Below are positions 1-12,817 of a stretch of 64,000 nt of DNA, one piece after another. Position 1 is the stretch's first letter. Each line of letters opens with the position of its first letter. The notes under the pieces were generated by a model. That model was not told the DNA's origin. It ran no database searches and saw only the letters and a list, made by a program, of their open reading frames with translations. The stretch is from Lama glama (taxonomy: Eukaryota). Location of the stretch: the NCBI GenBank assembly GCA_028534125.1, contig CM052817.1, forward strand, positions 61,258,001 to 61,322,000, given 5' to 3'. Both the position numbers and the translations under genes were made by a program.

Positions 1-1237
1 GAGACAGAGGACATATGTGTTTTCATAACTGTATTCTTGACCCTGTAGACTTGTAACTTTATACTAGTAGATATCTATGTTGAAACATTAATGTTGTTCC
101 TTAGTTGTTGGTGTTATTGTGTAGTGGTTAGATAGGAGTATTAGGAGATTGGATTACATTATATTATGTATTATAATATATATTATATTATATTACATTA
201 TATTGGATAATGTGACATTAGGCAAAAGACACTTAAATGGTCCATAAAATTAAGAAATTGATTCTTTTAACTCTTCTTAAAGGTACTTTTTTTTCCTGAT
301 TGTAAGTATAATATGCAATTCAACTTCTCTGATTTATTCATTCTCTCTCACACCTGTTTACTTGCTCATCGAGGGGATATTTAATTTAGGTACAGGATAG
401 GGTAATGGAATGTGTTGTTCTTCAGTGGAAAAAGATGACCTGAAAGTTATGATGATGCTATGATTGAAATATTTCCTTATGAAACCTGCAGTGGTTGCAT
501 TTTATATTTGAATTAGGATTTGTGTAAACAAGAGGGAATGATTATCTTATTTTTATAATTTAAATAAGCATTTATTTATCACTTTTACTAAATTCTATTT
601 TCATTAAGGCTTGCCAGAATGTAATTATGTGGAGGAAAAAGAACATGCATAAGAGGGAAGAAATGTTTCTACCTTCATTATCTAGCATATTATTTGAATT
701 TATTTTGTGAAAGGTAATTTTTTCTTTAGTTGTCTTGATGACAGATTGAGTACTTTGCAGTGAGAGTCGCTTATAACCGATCAACATTTATTAACAGCCA
801 TTAATGACAAGAAAATTAATCCAAAGAAGTAAGGTACTTGGGAAATACATTTTGTTTTTGTGTGTAATCTTTAATAATGTATAAGGTGTTTAACATTTTT
901 TTTCCAAATTTCATAGAGCATTGTTAGGAGGAACTAAAACACCTTAAAAAAGATCATACTTAGATGGACTTTCCTTTTTCTTTCCTTTCTCCTCTCTCAC
1001 ACTCTCTTCCCATTTTTGGCTTCTCAACTACATTCTCCTTCTGCTCTGCATTTCATGTATAAGATCATCTATTTTATGAATCTGTTTCCTGATATGACAT
1101 ACTAAGATTAGACAGTTCAATATTAGTAATATTAACATAAACTGAACTAAAATTTGATGTTCCAATGTAATTATGTTTTAAAATAGGTTGAGGGTAATCT
1201 AACTAAATATTATTCCTGTTCAAATGACTTGTTTATA

Positions 1238-3305
1238 CAAGCAGTTCTTGCTTTCCACAGTAGACCAGGACTGTAAAAATGACTGCAAGTTGAAATTGTG
1301 CAAAATAATAATAATCTTTGGGGAAAATGATTGTTCAATGACCTTTAAAATTTAATCAGCACATATAAAATGTCAGTTATAAATGTGTAAGTAAATGAAC
1401 AAAGTAGTAAAAACCAATACTCAGTACACTGTGAGATATTAGAAACATTGAAGAGAGATCATTTTTGTAAAAAATTAATCAAAAGTAGTTTGAACAGTAC
1501 CTTCTTGTTGTAAAACTAGCAAGTTAGCCTTTTTTTTTCATATCTTAACAAATGTCATAATCCTAAATTTGGATCAGCTTCCAACATTTTATTACTCTTT
1601 TAATGTTGTGAAATATCTCTGTTCTTTGTCTTCTTAAATAGACTTTATTTTTTAGAGGAGTTTTAGGTTCACAGCAAATTCAGCACAAAGTACAGAGTTC
1701 CCATGTACCCCTGCGCCCATGCAGATACAGCTTCCCCTACTATCAGCATTGCACTCAGAATGGCACATTTGATATGATCAGTGAACTCACATTGTCAATC
1801 ATCGAAATCCATAGTTTACATTAGGGTTCACTCTTGGTGTTGCACATTTTATGGGTTTGACAAATGAATCCATTACAGTATCATACAGAATGGTTTTATT
1901 GCACTAAAATTTCTCAATAACTATTCATCACTTCCCCTAAGCCCCTGGCAGCCACTGATCTTTTTACTGTTTCTGTAGTTTTGCGTTTACCAGAATGTTA
2001 GTATAGCTGAAATCATGCAGCCTTTTCATATTGGCTTCTTTCACTTCGTAATATTCATTCAAGTTCCCTTCATGTCTTTTCATGGCTTGATAACTCATTT
2101 CTTTTTAGTACTGAGTACTATTCTCTTGTTTGGATATACCACAATTTACTTATCCAGTAACCTGCTGAAGGATATTTTGGTTGCTTCTAAGTTTTGGCAG
2201 TTATTGATGAGGCTGCCACAAACATCCATGTGCAGGTTTTTGTGTGGACATAAATTTTCAGTTCCTTTGGGTAAATACCAGAGTGTGATTGCTGGAGCAT
2301 ATGGTAAGAGTGTTTGGTTTTGTAAGTAACTAACAGACTCTTGCAAGGTATATGTGCTATTTTGCATTCCTGTCAGCAATGAATAAAAGTTCCCGTTGCT
2401 CCACATCCTCATCAGCATTTGGTGTTATATTTTGAATTTTTGCCATTGTAATAGGTATGTATGGTATCTCATTGTTCTTATTTGCAGTTCCCTTGTAACA
2501 TGATGTTGAGCATCTTTTTATATATTTATTTGCCATCTGTATATCTTTGGTGAGTTGTCTGTCCAGATTTTTTGTCCATTTAATAATCAGGTTAGTTCTT
2601 TGTCTTGGATATTTGGATTACAGTCCTTTTGCAGATACTTTCTTCCCATCTGTGGCTTGTCTTATTCTTTTGATCTCTGTTCTTTTAATGTTCAGTTTTT
2701 GTTTTTTTGTTGTTTTTGTTTGTTTGTTTTGCCAGTGTCACTTCCTCTGGGATATCTTCACCTTTGTCACAACCACATTCCTCACTTATGGCAGTAAGTT
2801 TGCCTCACCAGGTACTTCTGGCTGCATATCTAGGGCCTCTTGAACTGCAATAGTGTCAGGATTCTTACAGCCAGCTCTACGCTTACGTTCAATTTGAATT
2901 TCACTCCAGCATCATCCCTTTTCATTCCTATATTGCATTTTCATCTTTGTTGATGAGTTCCCTTTTTCAATTATCCATTTTTGTAAAGTGTCAAGTGGGT
3001 TTTTCACTGAGAAGCAAGCAGTTTAACTACACACTTTGCTGACTGTGTGTGAATGACAGATGTGCAGTGACCAAGACTAACAAACTTTGAAAGAAGTGAC
3101 ATGATTGGTTGTGATATACATCTGTTATTTACATAGTGATTTGTGGACTGAAGAGCTAGCAGCAAAATTTATACTTTATGTGTGAGTCACAGTTATGCTA
3201 TGCTAACTGAAGTACAAATCATTGGGGGAGAAAATGTGTTATGTAACTAAACCATTGTGACTGAGATGCATGTATGTCAGAGCAGCACAAAGCAAGGCCT
3301 GCCCT
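1238..3305. mobile_element. Tigger6-like TcMar DNA transposon interrupted by an L1
   Basis: Degenerate terminal inverted repeats caagcagttcttgctttccac ... gcacaaagcaaggcctgccct flanked by TA; Tigger-like internal sequence at 2730-3300. Confidence 0.7.
1628..2672 (-). mobile_element. 5'-truncated old L1 (L1MC-like) nested in the Tigger element
   Basis: L1 3'UTR and ORF2 end on the minus strand; 13-bp TSD atctctgttcttt at 1615-1627 and 2673-2685. Confidence 0.85.
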
Positions 3306-3397
3306 TATTGTAAACTATTTTTCCTCAGTTATGATTGATTTGAAGCTATTCTGAAAAAAAAGGTGCCAGAAACAAAACTCTTTTTTTCCTCTTCCTT

Positions 3398-3414
3398 TTT
3401 AATTTTTTTTTAAT
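3398..3414 (-). other. Candidate HPGDS polyadenylation signals (ATTAAA twice)
   Basis: tttaat at 3398-3403 and 3409-3414, about 140-150 nt past the stop codon. Confidence 0.35.
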
Positions 3415-3552
3415 AAGTAGAATATGCAAAAGTCAAAACCTTGATGGAACTGGGGAGGGAAGTGTGTAGATTATGTGGCATGTTGATGTAGCTTATCATC
3501 TTACGGGAGTGATGCTGTGAAGAATAATGAAGTTGGAGTCAGCAGGCATCAC

Positions 3553-3717
3553 CTAGAGTTTGGTTTGCGGCCTTTGCTGTATCCAGTCAGCTATGGCAGG
3601 AATGCTTTGGACTTTCCTCCGTAATGTCACCAGCCTGGGATGGATGTCCAACAAATCAGGTTTAAAGACCAAAAGTGTGGTACTGCAGATTTCCCAGTAG
3701 AAGTCTGCCCAAGTTAC
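3553..3717 (-). CDS. HPGDS: HPGDS exon 6, coding part with stop codon
   Basis: cctttaaactag| VTWADFYWEICSTTLLVFKPDLLDIHPRLVTLRRKVQSIPAIADWIQQRPQTKL* with TAG at 3553-3555. Spliced CDS 133+93+110+99+165 = 600 nt, 199 aa. Confidence 0.98.
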   Translation of the reverse strand, partial: VTWADFYWEICSTTLLVFKPDLLDIHPRLVTLRRKVQSIPAIADWIQQRPQTKL

Positions 3718-4985
3718 CTAGTTTAAAGGAAGCAAATTTTCATTGGAACATAAAAGGCCTAACTTCTTAATCTGAAGGTAGTGTATGACAAGCAGTGGGA
3801 AAGCTGGACAGCCCCATGTAAAACAATGATATTGGAACACTCCCTCACAGCATACACAAAGATTAACTCAAAATGGCTCAAAGACTTAAACATAAGACAG
3901 GACACCATAAGTCTAGAAGAAAACAGGCAAGACATTCTCTGATATAAATCACAGCAGTGTTATCCTAGGGCAGTGCACCAAGGCAATGAAAATAAAAGCA
4001 AAAATAAACAAACGGGACCTAAGTAAACTTAGAAGCTTTTGCACAGCAAAGGAAACTATAAACAAAAGGAAAAGACAGCCTATAGTGTAGGAGAAAATAA
4101 TTGCAAACGATGCAACTGCCAAGGGCTTAATTTCCAGAATATATAAACAACTCAATAACAAATAACCCAATCAGAAAATGTGCAGAAGACCTAAACATTT
4201 CTCCAATGAAGACATACCAATGGGCGCATGAAAAAATGCTCAATATCACTAATTATCAGAGAAATGCATATCAAAATTACAATGAGGTATCACCTCACAC
4301 CAATCAGAATGGCCATCATTAAAAAGTCCACAAATGAAAAGTGCTGGAGAGGGTGTGCAGAAATGTTTACTCCTCCTACACTGTTGGTGGGAGTGTAGTT
4401 TGGTGTAGCCACTATGGAAAACAGCATGGAGATTTCTTACAAAACTAAAAATAGATTTATGATCCAGCAATCCCACTCCGGAGCATGTATCTGAAGGGAA
4501 TTCTAATTCAAAAAGATTGATGCACCCCAGTGTTCCCAGAAGCACTATTTATAATAGCCAAGTCATGGAAGCAACCTAATGTCCTTCAACAGATGACAGG
4601 ATAAAGAATCTGTGGTATATTTATACAATAGAACACTACACAGCCATAAAAAGGAATTTGCATTGCATTTGCAGCAACATGGATGGACCAGCAGATTGTC
4701 ATACTAAGCCAAAGACAAATACTGATACGATATCACTTACATGTGGAATCTTAAAAAATTACACGAATGAACTTATTTACAGAAAGAGACTCACAGACAT
4801 AGAAAACAAACTTAATGGTTACCAAGGGTGAAAGGCAGTGGGAAGGGATAAATTGGGAGTTTGGGATTTGCAGATACTAACTACTACATATAAAATAGAT
4901 AAACAATAAGGTCCCACTGTATAGCACAGGGAACTATACTTAATACCTTGCAATGACATCTAATGAAAAAGTATATGAAAAGGAC

Positions 4986-5640
4986 AACCTAAATGTCCAT
5001 CAACAGGTGACTGGATAAAGAAGATGTGGTANNNNNNNNNNNNNNNNNNNNNNNNNNNNNNNNNNNNNNNNNNNNNNNNNNNNNNNNNNNNNNNNNNNNN
5101 NNNNNNNNNNNNNNNNNNNNNNNNNNNNNNNNNNNNNNNNNNNNNNNNNNNNNNNNNNNNNNNNNNNNNNNNNNNNNNNNNNNNNNNNNNNNNNNNNNNN
5201 NNNNNNNNNNNNNNNNNNNNNNNNNNNNNNNNNNNNNNNNNNNNNNNNNNNNNNNNNNNNNNNNNNNNNNNNNNNNNNNNNNNNNNNNNNNNNNNNNNNN
5301 NNNNNNNNNNNNNNNNNNNNNNNNNNNNNNNNNNNNNNNNNNNNNNNNNNNNNNNNNNNNNNNNNNNNNNNNNNNNNNNNNNNNNNNNNNNNNNNNNNNN
5401 NNNNNNNNNNNNNNNNNNNNNNNNNNNNNNNNNNNNNNNNNNNNNNNNNNNNNNNNNNNNNNNNNNNNNNNNNNNNNNNNNNNNNNNNNNNNNNNNNNNN
5501 NNNNNNNNNNNNNNNNNNNNNNNNNNNNNNNGTGACAATGAGTGTGTATATGTCCATGAATGACTGAAAAATTGTGCTAAACACTGGAATTTGACACAAC
5601 ACTGTAAAATGATTATGAATCAATAAAAAATGTAAAAAAA
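4986..5640 (+). mobile_element. Younger L1 3' fragment nested in the preceding L1, spanning the N gap
   Basis: 13-bp TSD atatgaaaaggac at 4973-4985 and 5641-5653; ends in aataaa plus an A-rich tail. Confidence 0.8.
5032..5531. other. Assembly gap (500 N)
   Basis: Run of N. Confidence 1.
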
Positions 5641-6100
5641 ATATGAAAAGGACTATATACATGTACATATACACAACTAAATCACTGTGCTGTACACTAG
5701 AAATTAACATGCCATTGTAAACCAATTATACTTCAGTAAAAATAATAATTAGTGTAAGTGAAAATAATCTGTAATTACAAAAGCAGAATGTGTATATGAT
5801 AGAAAGTTACAGACTCCCAGTGCACAGAGGTTACTCATATTCATACCTCTGTGCATGGTATTTTTCTACGCATGTGTTTGTGTGTGTGTATTTTCACTAA
5901 AATGAGATCTTACAGTACATACTCTTGTAACTTGATTCAGTCTCTGCCTCTCTGTGATAATACATTTTCATCTTATTTAATACCCAATTAATACTTTTCT
6001 ATTTCAAAAATGTTCTTTATAAGATAAAGCAGAATCCATCTCAGGACCATGCATTTCACCTTGTTATATTCTTTAACTTTCTTAATTCAGAACAGTACTC

Positions 6101-7450
6101 TGGCATTTTTCACAGAACTAGACCAAATAATTTTAAAATTTGTATGGAAACACAAGAGACCTTAAATAGTCAAAGCAGTCTTGAGAAGGAAAACAGAGCT
6201 GGAGGAACCATGCTATGCTCCCTGACTTCAAACTATACTAGAAAGCTACAGTAACCAAGACAGTATGGTACTGACAGAACCAGACTCATAGATCAATGGA
6301 AAAGCATAAAGGGCCCAGAAATATACCCATGCACTATGGTCAATTAGTCTACAACAAGAGGCAAGAATGAAGAAAAAACAATCTCTTCAATAAATGGTGC
6401 TGGGGAAACAGAACAGCTATAAGTAAAAAAATGAAATTAGAATGTTCTCTACCACCATATAAAAACAAACTCAAAATGGATTATGGGCCTAAATATAAGA
6501 CTGGAAATGATAGGACTCCTAAAGGAAAACATAGAATACTCTTGGACATAAATTGTAGCAATATTATTTTGGGTCTGTCTCCTAAAGCAAAGGAAATAAA
6601 AGCAAAAATAAACAAACAGGACCTAATTAAACTTAAAAGCTTTTGCATAGCAAAGGAAACCATCAACAAAACAAAAAGGCAACCTATTGAGTGGGAGAAA
6701 ATATTTGCAAAATGATATAAGCCATAAAGAGTTAATGTTCAACATATATTAACAGCTCATACAACTCAACATCAAAAATACAATCTGATTAAAAAATGGG
6801 CAGAAGACCTGAATAGACATTTTTCCAAAGAAGGTATGCAGATGGTCAGCAGACACATAAAAAGAAGCTCAGCATCATTAATCATTAGGGAAATACAAAT
6901 CAAAACCACAATGGTATTATCACCTCACACCTGTCAGAATGGCTGTTATCAAAAAGATCACAAATAACAAATGTTGGCAAGTATATGGAGAAAAGGGAAC
7001 TTTTGGATGCTGTTGGTGGGAATGCAAATTGATGCAGCCACTGTGGAAAGCAGTATGAAGTTTTCTCAAAAAACTAAAAATAGAACTACCATATGACCCA
7101 GAAATTCTACTCCTGGGTATATATCTGAAAGAAACAAATACAGGAATTCAAAAAGATACATGCACCCCAATGTTCACATTATTTACAGTAGCCAAGATAA
7201 GGAAGCAACCCAAGTGTCCATTGACAGGTGAATACTATTCAGTCACAAAAAAGAATGAAATTTTGCCATTTACAGCAACATGGATGAGGTTGAAACCATT
7301 TATGCTTAGTGAAATAAGTCAGACAGAGAAAGACAAATACTGTATGGTATTACTTACTTGCAGAATCTAAGAAATACAACAAACTAGTGAATATAACCAG
7401 AACAAAGAAGCAGACCCATAGATACAGAGAACAAACTAGTGGTTACCAGT
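6101..7450 (+). mobile_element. L1 ORF2 3' part plus 3'UTR
   Basis: ORF 6431-6715 (DLIKLKSFCIAKETINKTKRQPIEWEKIFA) is a typical L1 ORF2 remnant. Confidence 0.92.
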
Positions 7451-7663
7451 TACATGAGACATTCAATACTTTATTATAAAATAGACTTTGTGTTAGATGA
7501 TTTTGCCCAATTGTAAGCTACTGTAAGTGTTCTGAGCATATTTGAGGTAGGCTAGGCCAGGCTATGATATTCAGTAGGTTAGGTGTATTTTTTGACTCAA
7601 GATACTTTCAATTTATGAATGATTTATTGGGATGTAACCTTACTGTTAATTGAGGAAGATCTG
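7451..7663. mobile_element. Tigger5/MER47-like DNA transposon end
   Basis: Characteristic gtaggctaggccaggctatgatattcagtaggttaggtgtatt and terminal gaggaagatctg followed by TA. Confidence 0.7.
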
Positions 7664-7669
7664 TAATAA

Positions 7670-8500
7670 TTTGGCTCCATAGCATCTTCTAAAAGTCACC
7701 AAAGAAACTTTGGTTTTGAGGTTTGTGTGTGTGTGTGTGTGTATTTGGTGGTGGTGATTATCATACACTCATGGATTAATTCATTTTCATTTGTTTTAAT
7801 CCACTGCAGCTAACATTCTTACTGAAGCTTGAGTTGTCCCATGTTTGGCCAGTGGGAACCTCTTTGAGGTGGCTGCTGAGTTCTTTTGATACAACCCCAG
7901 TCGGTTTGTTTGTCTGTTTATTTTGATAATTTATTTGGTTCTGGTATGAAAAAGTATTCCCAGCTCATGTTTTACATTTCCTGCCCCAAAATGAGAATGA
8001 ACTATTTCTTCAAGAAGCCCTGGTTCTTTTTAGTATTCAGAGACCAGAATCTGGGTCCTAGGGTACCCAGAACAGCAGGGTTGGTCATTTTTCAAGAAAA
8101 TGAGATGCAAAATGCTTTTTTTCTTTATCCTAAGATAAAGTACATCATGAACTAAAAATGGTGTATGATTATTATTTTTTGTTGACAATATCTATAATGA
8201 GATGTCTACTCAAATCATTGTGTTTTACAAATAATAATCTTTTTTAAACTAGTTTTTACTAAGAAGAGTACACAGGTACTTCTCCACAGACTGTGCATCA
8301 ATTTGGCACAATCTCATTTGTTTCACTTTGCTTTTGTTTTGCAGTGACAGCTTTTTTAAATGATTTTGTTGTTATATAATTATATAAAATATTTTAGTTT
8401 GTGTTTCCAAAGTTAAGTCCACCAAAAATGTTTATTCCAAGAAATTTAGCCTTTGTCCCTACTCGCTAAGCTCCTCCCTCCTCCCTATGGGCAACACTTT
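7670..8500 (-). mobile_element. Old L1M fragments
   Basis: Diverged L1MC-type 3' sequence (ttgtcccatgtttggccagtgggaacctctttgaggtggctgctgag). Confidence 0.5.
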
Positions 8501-8585
8501 TTTCAATAAGGTTTTATAAGTTTTTGGTATGTAGATATAGATATAGATATAAGCTTGTATTTTTTAAGATGTGAAACATACTCAC

Positions 8586-8684
8586 AGAGTTACCAATCAA
8601 CCACTCTTTTTCCCCTAAATATGTGTCCAAATCTTGCAGAAGATGAGGTGCATCACATGTAAGTAGCTCCTTAAACATCTGATC
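8586..8684 (-). CDS. HPGDS: HPGDS exon 5 (99 bp)
   Basis: ctctctcctag| DQMFKELLTCDAPHLLQDLDTYLGEKEWLIGNS |gtgagt. Confidence 0.98.
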
Positions 8685-10644
8685 CTAGGAGAGAGAGAAA
8701 AAGACCACTTGAAGGATAATAGGAAGGAAAATAAATAATATGATTTGAAGAGGAAGTAGATTTTCCCATCTTCATTTTCCCATGAGTTCAAAAAAGAAGA
8801 GGAGAAGCTACACGTTATTGGTGGGTGGTTTTTTTAAAATGTATGTCATAGAGATTCAGGTTTGATTCTCTACAGACCTTATTTCCCCCTTTATTACTCA
8901 TGGATTAAAAAGTAAATATTTTTGTCATCAGTTCTTATAGTTTCTTTGCATATAATGACTAAATATTTCATCCATAAAATCTTTACATGCTTTTTATCTT
9001 AACTTTTGTTAATGAAAATTATTCCATTATGTTTTTACATTTCTAAAATTCCCCCTTTTTTTAGCCTCACTCTCTTTAAAGTAAAATAATGTAACTGAAG
9101 ATAAAGAAATTAATTTTAATTTATAAGGCTAGATTCCCCCAGTTTGGCAGTCTTTCATCTCACCATTGTGCTTAACAGAAGTTAATTCATAATAAATTAC
9201 GCTCTCGGTCCTTTATGGATTTCCTCTCTTGACATTGTGCCTTAGTGTGAGATTTGTCTGCCTTGAATATCAACTATAAAATCCATCATCTGGATGCCCC
9301 ACTTTTAATATAATATGTAAGGTATCATCACAAATCAAATAATATCCTCAGAAGAAAATTTACAGATATATCTATTTTAAAAAGTTATCTTTATGTTTTT
9401 ACTTGGATCTCTGATGGCCAAATAATTTATTCATGGCCTCTTTCTTGGTAAGAAATACTTATTTGTTTATATTGGGCTAGTTTGTATCATGGATGTGAAA
9501 TGTAAGCCAAATTAAAAAAAATTATAACACATGTATATAACATTAATTAATATTCATAAGTGACCTATAATAAAATCCAGCCTTTATTAAGGTAAGTCAG
9601 TTAGTGGATAAGTTTCTCACCAATTTGCTGATTTACTTCCTGTTAGTATTATGACTCAGCCAGGTAATATAGATTACTATAACATACTGCCTTTTATTTG
9701 TAGAGCAGAGTTTGCTAAAGAATCACCATATATTTACATACATGTGCCAGATTTCACAAACTGGAGCTTTGGAAGCTTGTCATTATTTTGATTTTATATG
9801 CTCTCCACGGTTCTATACCTCCTTTGTATATAAGGTTCTCTCTCTATGGTGAATATATTCATAGTTCTAAATAAAATAGTGTGAGTCCTTCAGCCCCTTA
9901 CACAGAATTTGTGAGCTGAGGTGCAATGGGCCCAGAAGCAAGTGGCACTTCCCACAGCTCAGCTGAGCATCAGTTGGGGAGGTAACAGCCAGCTTGGCTG
10001 TCCTAGAATAGCTAGAAACAGGGGGGAGTTAAACAGAGCAGGATGTAGCTGCTGGACAGCTTTCCAAAAACCCCTGAATACTCACCTGGGTAATTCTGTT
10101 ACTTTTTCTAATGTGCATTTCCACAATTTAAAGTACACCAGTGCTGTGTATATGCAATTCCAAATAGAAATTTCTCTGCGCTCTTGACTTCTCCTTTAGC
10201 CAGGTTCTCTTTATGTGTCTGGTTAATCATCTCAGTCTAATGAAATGTAATTGCTAAACAGCATAATCATTAGTATTTAAGAATCATTTTAAAACTCACC
10301 AAAATAACCTAAAGAAGATAAAATTTAATAAAACATCCTTTTTAAAGTGCATTTTCTGATAAACTCTAGTGGTGGACTCTTAACTTGGTGGACTCAGAAA
10401 TTTCCTACCTCCTCCAGAGCATTATAAGGCAGGAGGTTGTCACCCTGAAAAGTCATTGCTATAGTATTCTATCAAATGATCTTTAGCAGAATTAGGGAGG
10501 TTTGTGTATTTCTCCAAAGCAACCAATACTGAAACATTTATAATCGGGTATTTGGTAGTTTTTTTAAACACATAGAATAAGAGGACTTTTTACACTATCC
10601 ATTCTTCTTTACTGCATCAATATTCTGCTTTCAAAAATTTTACC

Positions 10645-10663
10645 TGACCACAAGGTGGCAGCA
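10645..10663 (+). promoter_or_regulatory. CTCF motif in HPGDS intron 4
   Basis: tgaccacaaggtggcagca closely matches the CTCF core consensus. Confidence 0.6.
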
Positions 10664-11399
10664 ATGCAACCCACTACGGAGAGACAAGCTGATGCGATAC
10701 AAAAGAAGTGTGCGTGTTTCTACTGCAAGTTCTTCTTGTTAATCAAATAGTCTAGCTATCTGCAGTATTTCTGCAACATGTCCCCCTTTCTGATGGTTTA
10801 TTCATGAACTTGGATTATGTCTTGTGAATTTTTTTAAGGTAGGTGATATGTAACAGCGTTGTAATTCAAACATTAAGCATTCCTCTTAACATAAACATTC
10901 AAAGAATATTTTCCTCTGGGAGGTAGCCTCTGGTGTGGAGCCTCTGCCCCAGAAAGGTACAAAGCAGAGAAACAGAGATGGGCTAGCCCATGTGGAACAA
11001 AAAGCTTTAGATACTTTTTTCTAAATTGAGGATTATGCATCTACTTGTCTCTGCATTTATAAGGATATGTGAAATATAAATGTCATGACTGACAAATAAA
11101 AACAATGAGCACTGAATGGTATGATAACACTGTATTAATTATAACAACTAATATTTATTGAACACTTTCTACCTAGCCACAAGTACTTATGCAACCATTT
11201 CATCGTCCCAACATACTTCAAAGCAGATTCTGTGATCTCTCTACCTTACAGACAAAGAATGAAAATTTGATAGGGAGTTAAGTGACAACTGGTAAAAAGA
11301 GAATCAGGATTCAAGTCTGGCAGTCTGATTCCAGAGCCCAAATGTATTTCTATCATCAAAGCTGGGCTTTTATGTAAGACTTTGTTCTGGTTACTCAGA

Positions 11400-11428
11400 T
11401 GTGTGTGTGTGTGTGTGTGTGTGTGTGT
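11400..11428. repeat. (TG)n microsatellite
   Basis: About 14 perfect TG units. Confidence 0.95.
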
Positions 11429-11674
11429 CTACACACACCTTACATTTATGTCAAGGAATCAGTACATGTGAATACTTTTATGTTCCAAATATCTCTATTC
11501 AAATCAGAGGGTCCTATTAAACAAACAGTATTTAGAATAAATATGCTTAAGTACATTGATAAGACTGCCACTTGTTCTGTGCTGGGGCTTTTGGATATAG
11601 GTCTTAAACCATGACATGCACGTAAATACTCGTGCACAGCTGTTTTGAACGGCTGCTGGCCCCGTGGCATTACA

Positions 11675-11850
11675 CCCGGTGGTTAAGAACGTGGAGGCTG
11701 AGTCAGAGTGTCTGGGATTTGAATTCCTTGTGCACCACCCACCAGCTAAATAACCTTAGGCAAGTTATTTACAGTACATGAACCTTAATTTCTTCATCTG
11801 GAAGATGAGGATAACGAAAGTTTCCAAAAGTTAAAGTGAAGAAGGCTTGA
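11675..11850 (+). mobile_element. MIR SINE
   Basis: gtggttaagaacgtggaggctgagtcaga ... ccttaggcaagttattt ... tttcttcatctggaagatgaggataa (MIR core). Confidence 0.75.
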
Positions 11851-12707
11851 TGATAAGAGATACGAACACTGGGGATGTGCCCCAAGTAAACAAAGGAGTA
11901 AATAAAAACAGAGGATGGCATCCAGGAAACAGGACTCCAGCTCAAGAGAAAGACATTCCTGGAATGGCAGTGAAGGGAAGTCCAATGATGACAGCTGGGC
12001 AAAAAGCCTAGACAGCTCTCCAAAGGGAAAAGGACATCTCTGGCCAGCCAGCTCCAAGAAAATAATGGAAATAATAGGTTACCTGGTATCATTTACTCGG
12101 TGGAAAATTATATCGGCAGGCATTGAGTAGTGTGGGAAGGTTCAGCAATGGAAGTAGGAAGAATTAAGCAAGTGAAAAAAGGCAATTACTAATTTGAGGA
12201 AGAAAGTAAGAAAGGAAATATAATCAAAGTATACTACCATGCACGATTCTGCACACTATTTGTATAGGCATATTAATGTAATGACTGAACATGGATTTCA
12301 CCACAAAATTTTAATATTATATTGGGAGTTTGGGGGAAGAGGAGCAGACAGAATGACTACATAAGAAATAAATTCTCATTAATTTAGTCTACTGAAATGA
12401 CCTAAAATTAGTGAATCAAAGAAAGCCATATTTACATATCCTATAGAAATATGAAGATATGGAAATCCTAAAGAAACAGCTGAAAGTGTTAAAATGAGGG
12501 TTGCATCTGAGGAAGGGTTAATATGAAGAGGTAGGACTGGGAATCACTGTAGTACTTTGTTTGAAACTTTTTAATATAATTGGGTATTTTAAAACCATGG
12601 TATGTCTTACTTTGATTTTTTTAAAAAAGGAACTTTTAAAAGCACCTAACATAATGTTTGGCAAGAGGAAATGATTAATAGCAGTAATAGCAAACTGATC
12701 ACATTAC

Positions 12708-12817
12708 TTTTACATCTTGTTTTTTCTCTGCCCAAGGAAAACGTGACATGAAATCGTCCAACGTGTCCACGATTGCATCAACTTGACATTGTTCCAAGTC
12801 TGTTTTTCCAGCCAAAT
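12708..12817 (-). CDS. HPGDS: HPGDS exon 4 (110 bp)
   Basis: ctattccatag| (D)LAGKTDLEQCQVDAIVDTLDDFMSRFPWAEKKQDVK |gtaatg. Includes Asp93, Asp96, Asp97 and Trp104. Confidence 0.98.

Larger units (their letters stand above)
3785..5745 (+). mobile_element. 5'-truncated L1 (ORF2 C-terminus plus 3'UTR) in HPGDS intron 5
   Basis: Degenerate ORF2 C-terminal sequence (gaggtatcacctcacaccaatcagaatggccatcatt) and L1 3'UTR, split by a younger L1. Confidence 0.9.

Noticed and set aside
1..1200. Possible 3' end of SMARCAD1, the syntenic neighbour of HPGDS in human
   Set aside because: No coding exon recognisable here; synteny alone is not evidence.
4960..5725. Long ORFs spanning the N run
   Set aside because: Artefacts of the assembly gap (X residues).
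8640..8658. Plus-strand micro-exon signal cag|...|gtaagt
   Set aside because: Lies on the antisense strand of HPGDS exon 5 and is explained by its coding sequence.
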